From Styela clava (taxonomy: Eukaryota), in the NCBI RefSeq assembly GCF_964204865.1, contig NC_135252.1, positions 8,308,001-8,372,000 on the forward strand: a stretch of 64,000 nucleotides of DNA, in the 5' to 3' direction. Under the pieces are notes generated by a model. That model did not search any database, was not told the origin of the DNA, and was given only the letters and a program-made list of their open reading frames with translations. The position numbers and the translations under genes were made by a program. Shown piece after piece: positions 48,601-61,115 of the stretch. Numbering within the stretch: the stretch's first letter is position 1; each line of letters starts with the position of its first letter.

Positions 48601-51600
48601 TAGAATTTCCCCGATATTACTATTGAAACAGACTCTGCGTAATTGGCAAATATTCAAGCTAAACTGTACCAGCCCCCTCCCCATCTTAAAATTCTACTAT
48701 CGACTGTGAAAAGTAAAATATGCATCAACCTCTGCTTCGCGAGACTCGAAAAAATAATCGAGAAGTGAGGTTGTACTAACTCGCCGTCTCCAGAAAAGCA
48801 TTAAAAATCAATAAACGATTATATTTTGCATTTTCGACCGAAAGCGATATCAAATCCCGACGCAATTACAGAGAACGCTATCAATTTACAAAATGTGCTT
48901 TCATGTGGACAAGAACGGCAACTAGCAGCATATATAGAATCAAAATTGCAATGTGTAAAAAAGAAAAAAATTTTCTTCTGTAAACTTACTCGAGTGGATT
49001 TATCTCAAGAATTCCAGGTAGCGCATTGTCCGCTAATATTTTAACAAAACGTATCAAAGCATTCCCTCGAGATTTATATCAGCTTTAGAGCAGATAAAAT
49101 GGTTAAAAACACATTTTTTTGTATAGTTCGCGATCTCCGTTGCTACAAACATCGTAATCTACTTAGAATTCCACAATCGAAGAATGGGATATTGCGAACA
49201 GGTATGAAAGTACAGTTGACGTAGCATTGAGCACAAGCAAATGCAGTTGGGAGGATATCATCCGGTAATATACGACCCACGGTATCAGTTCGTACTAATG
49301 AAAGTCGTCTTTAACTGTCGTTTTTAACCAGTTGAGTCTTTCCGAAATAAATCTTATACAATATTCCGATTATAATAAATAAATATAATTGCCTTTGCGA
49401 TATTTCAAAAAAAGATTCGCTAGTTGTGAACTAGTACAATTTTCCGTGCATCATCATTGGCCGAAGATAAACATAGGGCGTGAAAATAAAAGACAAAAAC
49501 GTCATATTTCAAGTCAAATCCCAATATCTTTCACATACTAGATTTATATTATTAATAGTTTTATTAGTAGTTTTTTGAAACCTAGACAGATATCGCCGTA
49601 ATCCGTCGGCTTTTGAAAAACAACCAAATCCCAACTTGAAACATGACATCCCTACCCTACGGTAAAATCTAAACTCCTACACAAAAATATGCTGCCGAAT
49701 CGATGAAAGCATTATTACCGAAATGGGATGTTGTGGTTCAATATATCGACAATCAAATCCACCGCATTAACCAATTAATCTCCAGGGATAACTCTTTCAA
49801 CCACCATTTAAGAACATTGTGTTATCGGATTGCAGATAATGGCGATTGAACGCTACTTAGTGACCTCCGCGTAATACGAAACAAAGTCAATGGTTCGAAA
49901 ACGAACGAAATCATATAATACTGCAAAATAAGTATATTAATATCAATAGTTACGAGAAATTAAATGGCTGACAATTATCTTAAAATTCCTTCAAACAAAA
50001 CAATACGCACTATTGAACGAGGTAAATAAATCGTTATTGTTGCATTATTGTCTCAATTTAGATCCTGACTTCTCTGGGTAATACGCGCTAAGCAATAGTG
50101 AAATAATTTCAAATCGAAATTTTTTTTACAAGCAACTGGCAAACCTCGAGCTAAAATGATCAAGCTGAATCCTCAATATAGAACCTGTTACAAGACAAAA
50201 AGTGTGTCGTGCACAACAGCCGACGATCAAGTGATCTTCGTCAAACCCATGAAAGCAACATAACCTCATGTGGCGTCTGCCAAGTAAATCAACACCGTCG
50301 TTCGTTCGCTCATCATCAAGTTCTTTCAGTACTTGACATAACGATTGTGCCTGTTGAGAATATTAATAACCTGGGCTAGGGTTAAAGTTGTCATCATCAT
50401 GGCTTGAATCCCAGTGGGATAGTTTAGTTCAACAAGTACAAAGGTGCGATGAAAACTACCAGTTGCTTTCTAGTCATCATCTCATATTGTATCGGGAATG
50501 AATCGGGAGTGTTTACGTAAAATAATCCACCCGCACGCTACATTAATTCAGTTCTTATTTACGCTTTCCTGATCCCATATAGTTTTAATATATACTCACG
50601 AGTTATATTTTCGACAATTCTGCATTAAATAACAATATATTTTCACACGAAGTGCGTTGTACACTTTTGCGACTCTAACTATCGTCAATCCCCATGTACA
50701 CTATCATTTACCGACTCTTCACTGGCTACATGACATTTTGTCATCAGTGGCCACACTACATTTATGATCGAAACAAACAGAAAAAGCTACTCGATAGTCG
50801 ATACTTCATCAATCACGATTTATAATACGCTCCATAAATTACACAACATTTTGCATCTTGTTTCTTCTGAATACACACTTTTATTAACTAACGCCTGGTA
50901 CATTCTAATAACATCGTTTTACAAACGACACGTTTCCAATTGCCGATAAAATATTTCTCTCAGCCGCATAACTGAAAGGTAATTTAAAGTTACTCGGGCA
51001 TAAATGTTACTGCAGCACCTATCCCACATTGCTGCAACACAATATATTATAGGTGGATTATCAAATTCGTTAAACCAGCATTTTTGCCAAACAGACCTTA
51101 CCGCCGCACCAAGTTTAGTATCAATATTAAGTGTAGCTAAGCTCATAATAGGCTTTTTTCTGCACGAGAAATATACCATCTATGACAAGTTTCACAAATG
51201 AAAGTAATATTGTAAAAATCTTATGGATTTGATACAAGTTCAGCTGATGATAGCACTCTATGAAGTACTTGAGACAAAATAAGACAAAGCATCAAACTTC
51301 GATGACAAGTACCAAAATCCCCATTTAAAGTGTTTTTAACACTGAACAGGCAAACACCTAAATACCATTCATATTATAAGGGTTAAGTGAAAAATAACAC
51401 ATTATAAAGTAGCCCATGCACAGTCAAAAAATGGACTTCATATGTCGAAATATTTTAACTTGGATAACCTGGACAAATCAAAATATCAAAATTGATTCGC
51501 TGAATACTATAACACATTAATACAAAAGATTATTTTAATGTACAAATTTTTATCCTCAATAAAATAGATCCACACAGATTAATAGGCTATATGAATATTA

Positions 51601-54566
51601 ATATAGATTTCACTGGAACCATCTCACCTTTTTCAATTTTTTCAAAGGAACTGGCAAAATAAGATTTTTCTTTACAATCACCACGAATCAATATGATATT
51701 AACCTGGCGATGTACTTGAATGCAAGATCCCATCCAATATGCTTACAAGAAAAACACTTACTTTCAGCCAAAACATGAAATCCATTCAAAAATAAATTAT
51801 TTAACACTGGATGGAAAAAGACATGTGTACAAGTGAGTCGGAAGAGTAGTACTCGTCTAGTAGATACATCAGTATGATTGAAATACCTCATTTGTGAAAC
51901 CACACAGAAGATTTGCTCAATAAGTGATACAGGAAAATAAAAACCAAATGAATGTTATTAGTATTAAAAATGCAATATTGGGAAAAATAGGTTTAAATAC
52001 AGCTTTTCAAACCTACAGTACTTTAAACTGAGTTATATTTATAAGAGAAATTTAAACAAATCAATGCATGTTTGACGCATAAATGCAGAAAAGGACTTCA
52101 ATTATCCAGCGTTGCCCAGTTTTTTTTGTTTTTGTTCTATATTAAAATATTTTGAATTATTATTTTATAAATGTTAAATAACTGAATTTCAAATCAGCCT
52201 CATTCCCAACAAACTAAAGTGATTGCCAACATCCCATTTGACTATATCGTATTACAATACCAAATGTAACTGAAAATAATTCCCCGTAATGATCTAAAAT
52301 CAATGCTGAAGCATTCAATCATGCTTCACAAAAATATATCTGTAAAAATTTAGCATATTCACAATATGATGTCCTATGGTATGATATGGTACATGCCACT
52401 AATCCTGCAATACATAAAAAAAAAGGGGATCTTTTCAGTGTTGAATAAAAAGCTTCAGGCTCGCTGCAAATGTAAAATTCATGTTGACTATATATAAAAC
52501 CAAAAACTAAATACACCTCTAACAGAACCACAATATTTCTGCACTGGTTTCAAACAGAATGTCACAAAATGTTTTAGAGACATTCCCATTTCCATCATGG
52601 CATGGTAATTTCAGTGATGGATCTAACTACTTGGCCTACATAGATTTAGGATGTCAAGCCCAAAAACCATACCCACCGCTTCACCCAACGTGTATTAAAA
52701 TGGTTAAAAAATGATAAAAAAAATTTGAAAAAATCATGATGAATGATGAAAACAACTCTCACCAGTTTTTGATGAATAAGAAGCCCCTTCTATTAATAAT
52801 TTCTTTTTTTGTTGTTCTTCTATAACCATTGATCGAAATTCTTCTTCCATCTTCTTGGATATGGACACCATTTCATTGTGCGATAATTCCTAGAATAATT
52901 TCTTTGTAATTTCTATCGTTTAAATTTGCACAACAACTTCATGAAATATTTATGATTTTAAATATGCCACTGATCATGTTAATTAACAAAATAAATCGGT
53001 AATTAAAGCTTAATGTAAGTTTCTGTTTATGAAATATGAAGCAAAAATCAACTAGACACACCTTATTTGGTGTACTTTCCTGAGCCGATGCCAACATATC
53101 AGCAATGATTTTCTCTTTTTCAGTTTCAGTTGGACTGGCTTCAGCATTATTTGTGTCCGATGGTGTGTGGGAATCAGAATCAACATGATTAGTCTGTTCC
53201 AAATTCATATCTCCAGTTGCAGTATCATTTTTCTTATCAAAATCCTGAACAATGACAATTAAAGCAACATTCATAAATTTTTAGTTGAATAAAATAACAT
53301 TGAGCCGTAAAGATATCAAACTATAAAAACATCTCACTCACTAAAATCATATCTTTAATAATTGAAGGGTAGGCTAATATATCTAATAGCGGAAAAGACA
53401 TTTTATTATGCACTAAGGCACAGAAGAAGGATATCTATACCTAATAACTAGTTGTTCCAAAATCAATAGTGGTACGCAGCAGCATTTGGATATCTTTCAA
53501 AATTGTTACACTGATACATACACCATCCAATAAGTGAAAGCAAATTAGGAATAGTTAGCCTTTTAGAGCCCAAATCCACATAAACTATATTAATTACCTG
53601 GCTTTTTTCTCCTATCGAATTTGAATCCGGAAAAGCCTGAATTGAACCTAGATATTTAAGTCACAGAATTATTAGGAAAAATAATGAAAGTAAAAATTCC
53701 GTGAACTATGCAATTAGTAATGATTGTTTAGGATCATTATCACATCTTTACAAGAATATTAGAACCTTTTTTTTCAATTTTCAAATACATGATTCAATCC
53801 CCGGCTTCATTGTGGTATAAAATATAAATTTGTAAATGAGGCAAAAAATTTAGTGAATAACTGATAAAAAACTGGCATCATAGAAACTTTTGCCATCCAA
53901 AATTTGTCAAAATCACATAATGCTTCGCAAGAGAGCATTAAAAACATGAAAAGATATGTATAAAATCAAATTTACTGATTATTCATTAAAAGTGATTCAA
54001 CTCAAGAACTAAAGAGATAACATCGAAGAAACAATATACTAGAAATGCATGCGCAGAAAAAATTATTTTTTTATCACTATCACCGAATTTGGCACAAGTA
54101 ACCTAAATGAACTTCATTCAACTAATACTGTAATATCTAGTATTGAATAATATTGCATGTTGCATCCAATAAAAATACAATTAGACTGACCATCAAATCC
54201 ATTTTCAATAACAGATTCTTTGTTTTTACATTCTGTTGAATTTCCATCACATTGGATAAGGTTATCAGATTGTGCTACATCTTGAAGCTCTTTCAAAATA
54301 TCACTTTCAAAATTGGTGATATTTTTTCCACTATTTTCAACAGATTTCATTTGCATTTGATTGAAATATTCATCGACTATTCCTTCTGATGAATTTGTAA
54401 AGAAGTCATGTGCAGCAGTTGCATTATATTGGAAGTTTTCTCGACTGGGTGAATTGTACGGAGAGATAAAAGTGTCATCAACCTGCAACGATGCATCTCC
54501 ATTATCTACATTGCCATCAACTTTGTTGATTTGGCCGTTAGTATGTAATTCATCCATGACTTCCAT
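36679..54566 (-). CDS. Tau/MAP2/MAP4-family microtubule-associated protein with about 10 repeats. Exons ~54566-54191, 53647-53598, 53244-53062, 52889-52763, 46815-46760, 46437-46177, 45940-45800, 45216-45133, 44527-44423, 43919-43827, 42442-42350, 42110-42018, 41892-41800, 41274-41182, 39781-39689, 37692-37600, 37425-37282, 36926-36794, 36704-36679
   Basis: Acidic N-terminal exons are followed by Pro/Thr/Ser/Arg-rich exons, then [25 protein letters not shown] (cf. tau R1) and nine further KxGS...H..GGG repeats. An R'-like [13 protein letters not shown] segment and a short Ser/Gly tail follow. Joining the N-terminal exons across the 6-kb intron is inferred from phase compatibility. Confidence 0.9.
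38229..39375. mobile_element. Non-autonomous hAT element in a Tau/MAP-gene intron
   Basis: Perfect 15-bp TIRs tagagatgtaccgat / atcggtacatctcta, perfect 8-bp TSD gttagtac, and ccgata subterminal arrays. Confidence 0.92.
44761..45045 (+). mobile_element. Same SINE family, in a Tau/MAP-gene intron
   Basis: ggcgcatcgcgctaagcgttaggaat ... cgggataaatatgtaaatcc. Confidence 0.8.
46514..46577 (+). repeat. Internal fragment of the DINE-1/Helentron-like family
   Basis: cacgaaagcgagattgaatctgctccagattttgcatgtgcattcatcttatctcggaccag is identical to 55435-55496. Confidence 0.8.
46955..47370. repeat. Diverged ~150-bp direct duplication in an intron
   Basis: gtactag.atgtacatgtacat...attatggtct..cctgtct...ttatttttggttc.gtgtaatatac at ~46955 and ~47223. 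Confidence 0.8.
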
Positions 54567-55358
54567 GACCCGATGCCTGTGAGAAGTTCGTCCACAATCT
54601 GACAATTAAAAAATAGACTACGGTACGGTCTGACGGTAGCAAACTCTTAGATCAGTATATCTGAAAATTAACGAGGAATATACAGATACGGTACCTATCA
54701 CCGTACTCCCGAAGAGTATAGATACAAACACCATAATTACGGTACCGGTAACATGGCGATTGTAAATGATCCAATTTTTATTAAAACTCCTCAAATGCAG
54801 AAATGTCTCAATGCGTTAAAAACACAATACCGCAAAGCGTAGATCAGGAAAACCCTCATACTGAATATACCATAATGCTCACCGATGCTCACTACACCTG
54901 TGTATGAAAACAAAGTTTACTCTCTTTTGCCTCTAGTGTCGATAAAATATTAAGCATTGGTAGAGTTTTGCATTATTTTTGCTTCGCCAGCAAGCATTCA
55001 TTTCCTTTCCCTTTTTTTTCCCATTTTTGTTTGAAATTAATGTAATCTTGAGATTTATATTATTTAAACTGTGTACCGGTGTTTTAAAATTCATCATATA
55101 ATACCGCCTAATTATTCATACTTACTCGAATATCCCTGTGGTGTCGCGATTGGGTCACGGAAGGCAAAGTGACTATAACACTTTGACGGAAGGCCAAAGC
55201 AGAGACAACGCGTGACATTCTTATTAGCGTCGGTCGGCGAGTGCGGAGGCGCGAAAGCTAGTTTTGAATTGCTATCCCTCAAACCGCTCTTATCGTTACA
55301 TTATCAAGTTTTCTAGGAGTTATTTTAGGATATGGACTTTTATTCATTTTAACTCTAG

Positions 55359-55670
55359 TTACTTATCGATTTTAATCGGTAAGTATGTTGATAGGTATTT
55401 GTCTGTATGTTTGTCTGTTAGATGCACGCGATATCACGAAAGCGAGATTGAATCTGCTCCAGATTTTGCATGTGCATTCATCTTATCTCGGACCAGAAGC
55501 CTATTGATTTTGGGCGAACTAGATTTTTGTAAAGCGAGAGAATTTTGAGACCCGCCGAGTGTGTGTGTGCGATGCGCAGTGCGCAAGTTACAAGAGCGGA
55601 TGACTCGAAACTGCAGTTTCTGTTTTGGGATCCCCTAACTATCGATCGATAAGTCTTCGGTTTCCAACCG
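55359..55670 (+). mobile_element. DINE-1/Helentron-like non-autonomous element, second copy
   Basis: Near-identical to 13342-13500 at the 5' end and to 13568-13610 at the 3' end, with a different middle. Confidence 0.65.
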
Positions 55671-56848
55671 CGTTTTAAGTATTTTGAGGCGACTGAAGCT
55701 CCCGCAAATCCATGGCAGGATTTACAAATCATGAAATCTAACCCCAAATCCTTCAAAACTGTATCCATAAGAAAAATGTTCCAACTTACCCAATATTTGT
55801 CACCATCAGGGGCAGTCCTGCCATTAAAGCCGATCTGTCTTGGTTAAGGCAGCAAAATTTTACCCCCATAGGTATTCAATTTGCGGGTCTTACTACTTAC
55901 TGAATAGAGCCCGAAACATCGCAGAAGATAAGGAAAAATTTACTTCATGACGCACCCTAATCTGGTACACATACTGTGTTCAGGCTGTGCGCATCTTGGT
56001 GCACATACTTTACAAAATTTTTTTGATAGGTGTGCTCAAAGTGTCACTATAGTCACTTTGGGTGTGCTCATATTACGTCATGTTGAGTTATTTAAAGATG
56101 TTACTGATAAAAATTCGTCATCATTCCCTACTACTGTATGCTGTTTTCCATCAAATTGTTTAAAATTTTTATGGACGCTAATAAATATTGAAAGAAAAAT
56201 GTTTCCATCTCTTCTGCGCTGTTTCGCGCTCTTTCCCTCTCTTCTGCGCTGTTTTGCGCTCTATTCAGTAAGTAATAAGACCAGCTTTACCTGTGATATT
56301 GTGTGAAAGTTTGGTAAACAAACGGAAAGTCATCTGTGCTTGGTGCACTGAACATTTTTTTAAATTTATTGCTAGTATAATGTAAAGTGAGTACATTTCT
56401 ACTGCACATCGATGAGTTGGAAATATCTTTTGTGCTTTTTTTGTAATGATAACGTTTTTTAAATTTCTGAGTGGGTACCTTTACTAATTTGAAAATACAG
56501 AATTATATTTTGAGTTCCCTGTTCATTTGCCAGCTTGATATTAATCATCTTTAAACAACTTTATCAAACTGGATCAAAATTATCCAGCAAGGACACTTTG
56601 GCCCATTAATCCACAAAAGATATGAAATGACCACAGAGTTGCCTGCAGAAATTCATATATTGAACCCCGCTCCTATTTTCGAATATGTTTTAGATTTAAT
56701 TTTTTCTATATTTTTATGGTTGGCACTTTCAGTTACATGTCCATAATCCATATTAACTGGCCCGTCAATGCATTGCTAATTTCATAATGGTGTTCTGTTA
56801 CTTTTAACAATAGAGAGAATATTAGAAAGATTACAACTCATTGAAATC

Positions 56849-58609
56849 ATGAAGGTCAAACCAAATATTTATGTAAAAACTGCTCCTCAAGAAGATGAAA
56901 GTAATCCACCAAGTGCTGACAAGAATCCATATAGAAAAGCGCGCCGGACGACAGAAATTTGGCTACCAGAAGCAAGTACTGCATTCAAGTTTTTCATGTC
57001 TGCAAATCTTGCCTCCGCTCTTTTGAGTAATATATCTGACTGTGATGAGACTTTCAACTATTGGGAACCTTTGCATTACCTTATGTACGGAAACGGTTTT
57101 CAAACTTGGGAATATTCACCAGCTTATGCAATACGATCATGGTCTTATATTAGACTGCATTCTATTCTGACTTGGGCCCACTTGAACTTGTTCAATTCAA
57201 ACAAGTTGCTTGTGTTTTATTTTATTCGGGCTATGCTAGCACTGTTTTGCTCTTTATCAGAGGTACATTTTTACAAAGGTGTTGCATTAATGTTTGGGGG
57301 TAATGTTGCTCGCATGCTCTTGGTATTTCTTACCTTTGGTTCTGGTATGTTTATATCTGCTGTTGCATTTTTGCCGAGCAGTTTTTGTATGTATATGACA
57401 TTTCTAACATTTGGTTCATGGATGCAGGGGCAGTTACACTTTGCTGTTCTATCTGTGGCAGCTGGTGCTATAATAGGTTGGCCTTTCTCAGCTGCATTAG
57501 GAATTCCACTTGCGATAGATATTCTTCTGCGAAGGCGTAGTTATTTTCAGTTCGCAAAATGGTGCTTTGTTGCTTTAGTGACTATGCTGCTACCTTGTAT
57601 GGCAATAGATTCTTATTATTATGGAAAACCTGTTATAGCTTCTTTGAATATTGTTCATTATAATGTATTTACACAACATGGACCAGATATTTATGGGGTA
57701 CAGCCATTGTCATACTATTTACTAAATGGGTTTCTCAATTTTAATTTGGCTTTCATATTAGCCATATTAAGTGGTGGCATTGTTTTTATTTCTGAACTGT
57801 TGATCATGTTGAAAATCAAGGGGTACAAGCCGGCATATATTATTTTTCTATTGTTTTTGACCCCAATGTATATTTGGGTCATGATTTTTTTCAGTCAGCC
57901 ACATAAAGAAGAAAGATTTCTTTTCCCAATTTATCCTTTGATTTGTCTGTCCGCATCAATTGCAGTAGCTACTGTTCAAAAATTATATTGCGTATTTAAA
58001 CTGCATGACTATCTAGATTCTAGATGGATGTCCCTGTCAACACTAGGAATTTACATCATATTATCGCTCTCGCGATCAATAGCATTATTCCAAGCTTATC
58101 ATGCACCTTTGGAAGTATATCCGAGTTTAATGATGGTTTCTGAAAATCGAAATTATGAGCATCCAAATATGCGCGTCTGTGTTGGGAAGGAGTGGTATCG
58201 TTATCCATCAAGCTTTTTTCTGCCTGCTAATTTTAGTATGGAATTTATCCAATCCGATTTTCGAGCTCAACTGCCCAGTCACTTTGTTGGCTTGCCTCCG
58301 GAGGGTTCAAGGCATATTCCGACTGATATGAATGATGCAAATCTGGAGGAAACTTCTAGATATGTTGACAGCGAGTCTTGTCACTTTCTTGTTGATTTGT
58401 CAATTTCAAAATACTCAATTAATGAACCAAATTATGCACTGCATTCCAAAAATTGGAAACTTCTGAAATCTGTAGCTTTTCTTGATGTTTCACAGTCGCA
58501 TAATAAAATATTTAGAGCTTTTTATATTCCTTATATTTTTGAGACCAGAAACCAATTTGGAAATTATGTTTTGCTTCAATCAAAGAAAAACAAGTTGCCA
58601 GAAAAGTGA
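56849..58609 (+). CDS. ALG9: Alpha-1,2-mannosyltransferase ALG9, intronless CDS, 586 aa
   Basis: ISDCDETFNYWEPLHYL, GFQTWEYSPAYAIRSW, AFLPSSF, GWPF, QPHKEERFLFPIYP, VCVGKEWYRYPSSFFLP and CHFLVD. Confidence 0.97.
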   Translation: MKVKPNIYVKTAPQEDESNPPSADKNPYRKARRTTEIWLPEASTAFKFFMSANLASALLSNISDCDETFNYWEPLHYLMYGNGFQTWEYSPAYAIRSWSYIRLHSILTWAHLNLFNSNKLLVFYFIRAMLALFCSLSEVHFYKGVALMFGGNVARMLLVFLTFGSGMFISAVAFLPSSFCMYMTFLTFGSWMQGQLHFAVLSVAAGAIIGWPFSAALGIPLAIDILLRRRSYFQFAKWCFVALVTMLLPCMAIDSYYYGKPVIASLNIVHYNVFTQHGPDIYGVQPLSYYLLNGFLNFNLAFILAILSGGIVFISELLIMLKIKGYKPAYIIFLLFLTPMYIWVMIFFSQPHKEERFLFPIYPLICLSASIAVATVQKLYCVFKLHDYLDSRWMSLSTLGIYIILSLSRSIALFQAYHAPLEVYPSLMMVSENRNYEHPNMRVCVGKEWYRYPSSFFLPANFSMEFIQSDFRAQLPSHFVGLPPEGSRHIPTDMNDANLEETSRYVDSESCHFLVDLSISKYSINEPNYALHSKNWKLLKSVAFLDVSQSHNKIFRAFYIPYIFETRNQFGNYVLLQSKKNKLPEK

Positions 58610-59454
58610 CCTCAAATTAAATTTTATTGAGGTCTATATGTTAGTTGCATCACCCTGACTTTTAAGATAAAAATGAAACAAGGGTTTGGAGTCAACAGGC
58701 AACCATACTCTCTATATATATACTTTGATTGATTGCTTTAGCACGTTAACTAGTTGTTGATGTCTACTTTTTTATCTTGCTGGATTGTTTCATTTTGTCC
58801 AGGTTATTTAATTAACACTTGTTTGTCAGTTTGGATATCTTTGATTTATTCATGTTATGAGGGTTTTTTGTTTTCGTCGAAAAATAAATTATTTCATATA
58901 AATTTAATGCTAAATTTGTATAATTGTACTATACCGCAATTTCCGACCTCAACCCCTTGCAAAAGGCAAGGGCTTTTATATGATGATGATTCATAAATGA
59001 CTGCCCAGTGATCTTTGAGTGATTCAGCAAGACTACACTAGTTTAGAAGATGTACCGTACATTAAGTTATTATCCTAAACACTTTGCTAGCGATTTTGGT
59101 ATCTTTCCGGATACATCCTAATTTGTGATAATTGTGCCGCCTTGAAATCTCAAGTGTTTGCTCAACCGCAGGTATCCTGAAAAGGTGTTGCCAGCAAAAA
59201 CAAAAATTTTTTTATCTTTCACTAGGTCTTTTATGGTAGCTAAAAACTTTCTCTGATCGTGATATGCCGATTGTGGAATTCATTTATTGTAGTTACAGCA
59301 GACTCGGTGTCAGATTTCTGTCAAACTTTGCCCCGGTCCCAAATTTAGGATATGATGTGTTTATTTTAATCTCATCGAAAAGTTGGATGGATGCAAATGT
59401 CCGTGCAAGGTGTATATTTGGGAAAATGCTCGTTACCACACCTTTGATTGCACT

Positions 59455-59620
59455 GCAAGGGTTCGCATTCCCCTGGCCTGGGGTATAGGTATAATATGAG
59501 AGAAAATTGTTGGACTTCTCGCGGGTTCAGGGCTTCTTCCAATGCATCTGCAACAGCACACCAGTCCCATATACGGCCGTTGTACATCTCTCCCCCGAGA
59601 TAAATATAATATGAATATCT
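59455..59620 (+). mobile_element. Degenerate partial copy of the SINE
   Basis: gggttcgcattccc ... cttcttccaatgcatctg ... gagataaatat. Confidence 0.45.
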
Positions 59621-60815
59621 CCATTCTGAAAACTCAAGGATGCGACATTAGGGGTGTACATGGGTACATAGACAATAAAGCCACCACAGGGATATAAAAA
59701 TTATGTTTTAAGTTTGTTTTTTTTTGCACGTAAAAGTATATGTAGAAGAAGAAGCTTTCACGGTAAACAATGGGTGCATCAACGGGCCTTCAGCGGCCAA
59801 AAATTATCAGTGCATAGTCATAACTGCTCCCTACTAACATGACTCCGTGACTGTCATCATGTATTTAAAGATGACTCGTGGCTCTAAAGACTTCTCGTGA
59901 AGGTAAAATCATAATTGATATATCCATGTTTAATAATGCTGAGACATAAAAAATAAACAATCCAAAAGGCGAAAATATGAAGCACGTTACATTTAATTCC
60001 CAATTCTCTTTGCACTGTGCCGCCAAGAAACAAAAGTGTGACGGGACCGAATTTATTCCTTTTATATTATTTTACTTCTTTATAGTATCTTAGGATACGT
60101 TAGTATGTGGAGACACAGCTATGGTTTCGAAAAATGTATTTTCCGCTGAAGTAGATTACTATACTTGGTCGACTACGAGCACTCTGTTCCCGTGACCCTG
60201 TTTTAGTATTGCACCACCCCTTTCTAGTCTGGCTGCTGTTTGAGGTGAGGTCGGGCGTACTTTCGCTGCTCTGTTGTATCTGATCAATCCGTGCTTTTCT
60301 GCCGGCTTGTAAAGTTATTTATTTGCAGCACCGGACTATTGAACATAATGTGTACCCTGGCAGACAAGGAAATCTTCTTAAGGTGTACAGACTTAGCGAG
60401 CATACTTATTCCTGAAACCGCGACGCTGCAGAAGCAAGTACTCACTAACATGTATGAATATTACTTGTCACAAAATTTATTCTATCACAGAAGTCTGATT
60501 GAGATTTACATTTCAATTTGAGTCAGTAAAAATAGCGCTAAATTATTGTACTGACCCATCGCCATACGTGTGTTTGGTATCAAGTAAAGTGATAACTTGA
60601 AGTTTGTTTTCATTAATTTTTTTTCATAATAATTATATTCCACTTGCCAAACCTTTTTTTCAATCTAAAGTGTATTAATTAAAGTCTAATTGGCAGTTTA
60701 ATGTTCGAGCTGTTATTTGGTGTTTTGCAATTTTTTGCTCTCGATTTTTTGTTCCTTCGGCAGACCACAAAAGATTCCTGGGATCCATGACGTAGCTTTC
60801 AATATTAATCAAAGT

Positions 60816-61115
60816 GGCTCGGCGGTGTGGCGCATCGTGCTAAGCGTTAGGAATACGCTCGCCACCGCATCCCTGATTACCCTTCGTGGGATCGCAGGTT
60901 CGATTCCCATGCGGGGATGATCATGTGGTTCACGTAACCGCTGGTCGGTTACGGCTGCTTCCTCCACCATCAAGTCCTTGCTTCCGAAAACAAATAACCG
61001 GCTAACTAATCCCATTACCCGACTGGACTGGTAACCGGACGAGAGGCCGTGGTTCGCCATATGATTAAGTCGTCTTATCGGCTTACTTCTCTCCGGGATA
61101 AATATGTAAATCCTA
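60816..61115 (+). mobile_element. tRNA-derived SINE, near full-length copy
   Basis: A-box-like tggcgcatcgtgctaa, B-box ggttcgattccc, core cctccaccatcaagtcc..cttccgaaaacaa and tail gggataaatatgtaaatccta. Multiple dispersed copies occur in the window. Confidence 0.8.

Noticed and set aside
60821-60915. Possible tRNA gene
   Set aside because: A/B boxes are present, but there is no clean cloverleaf and the sequence continues into a dispersed repeat body, so it is a SINE head.
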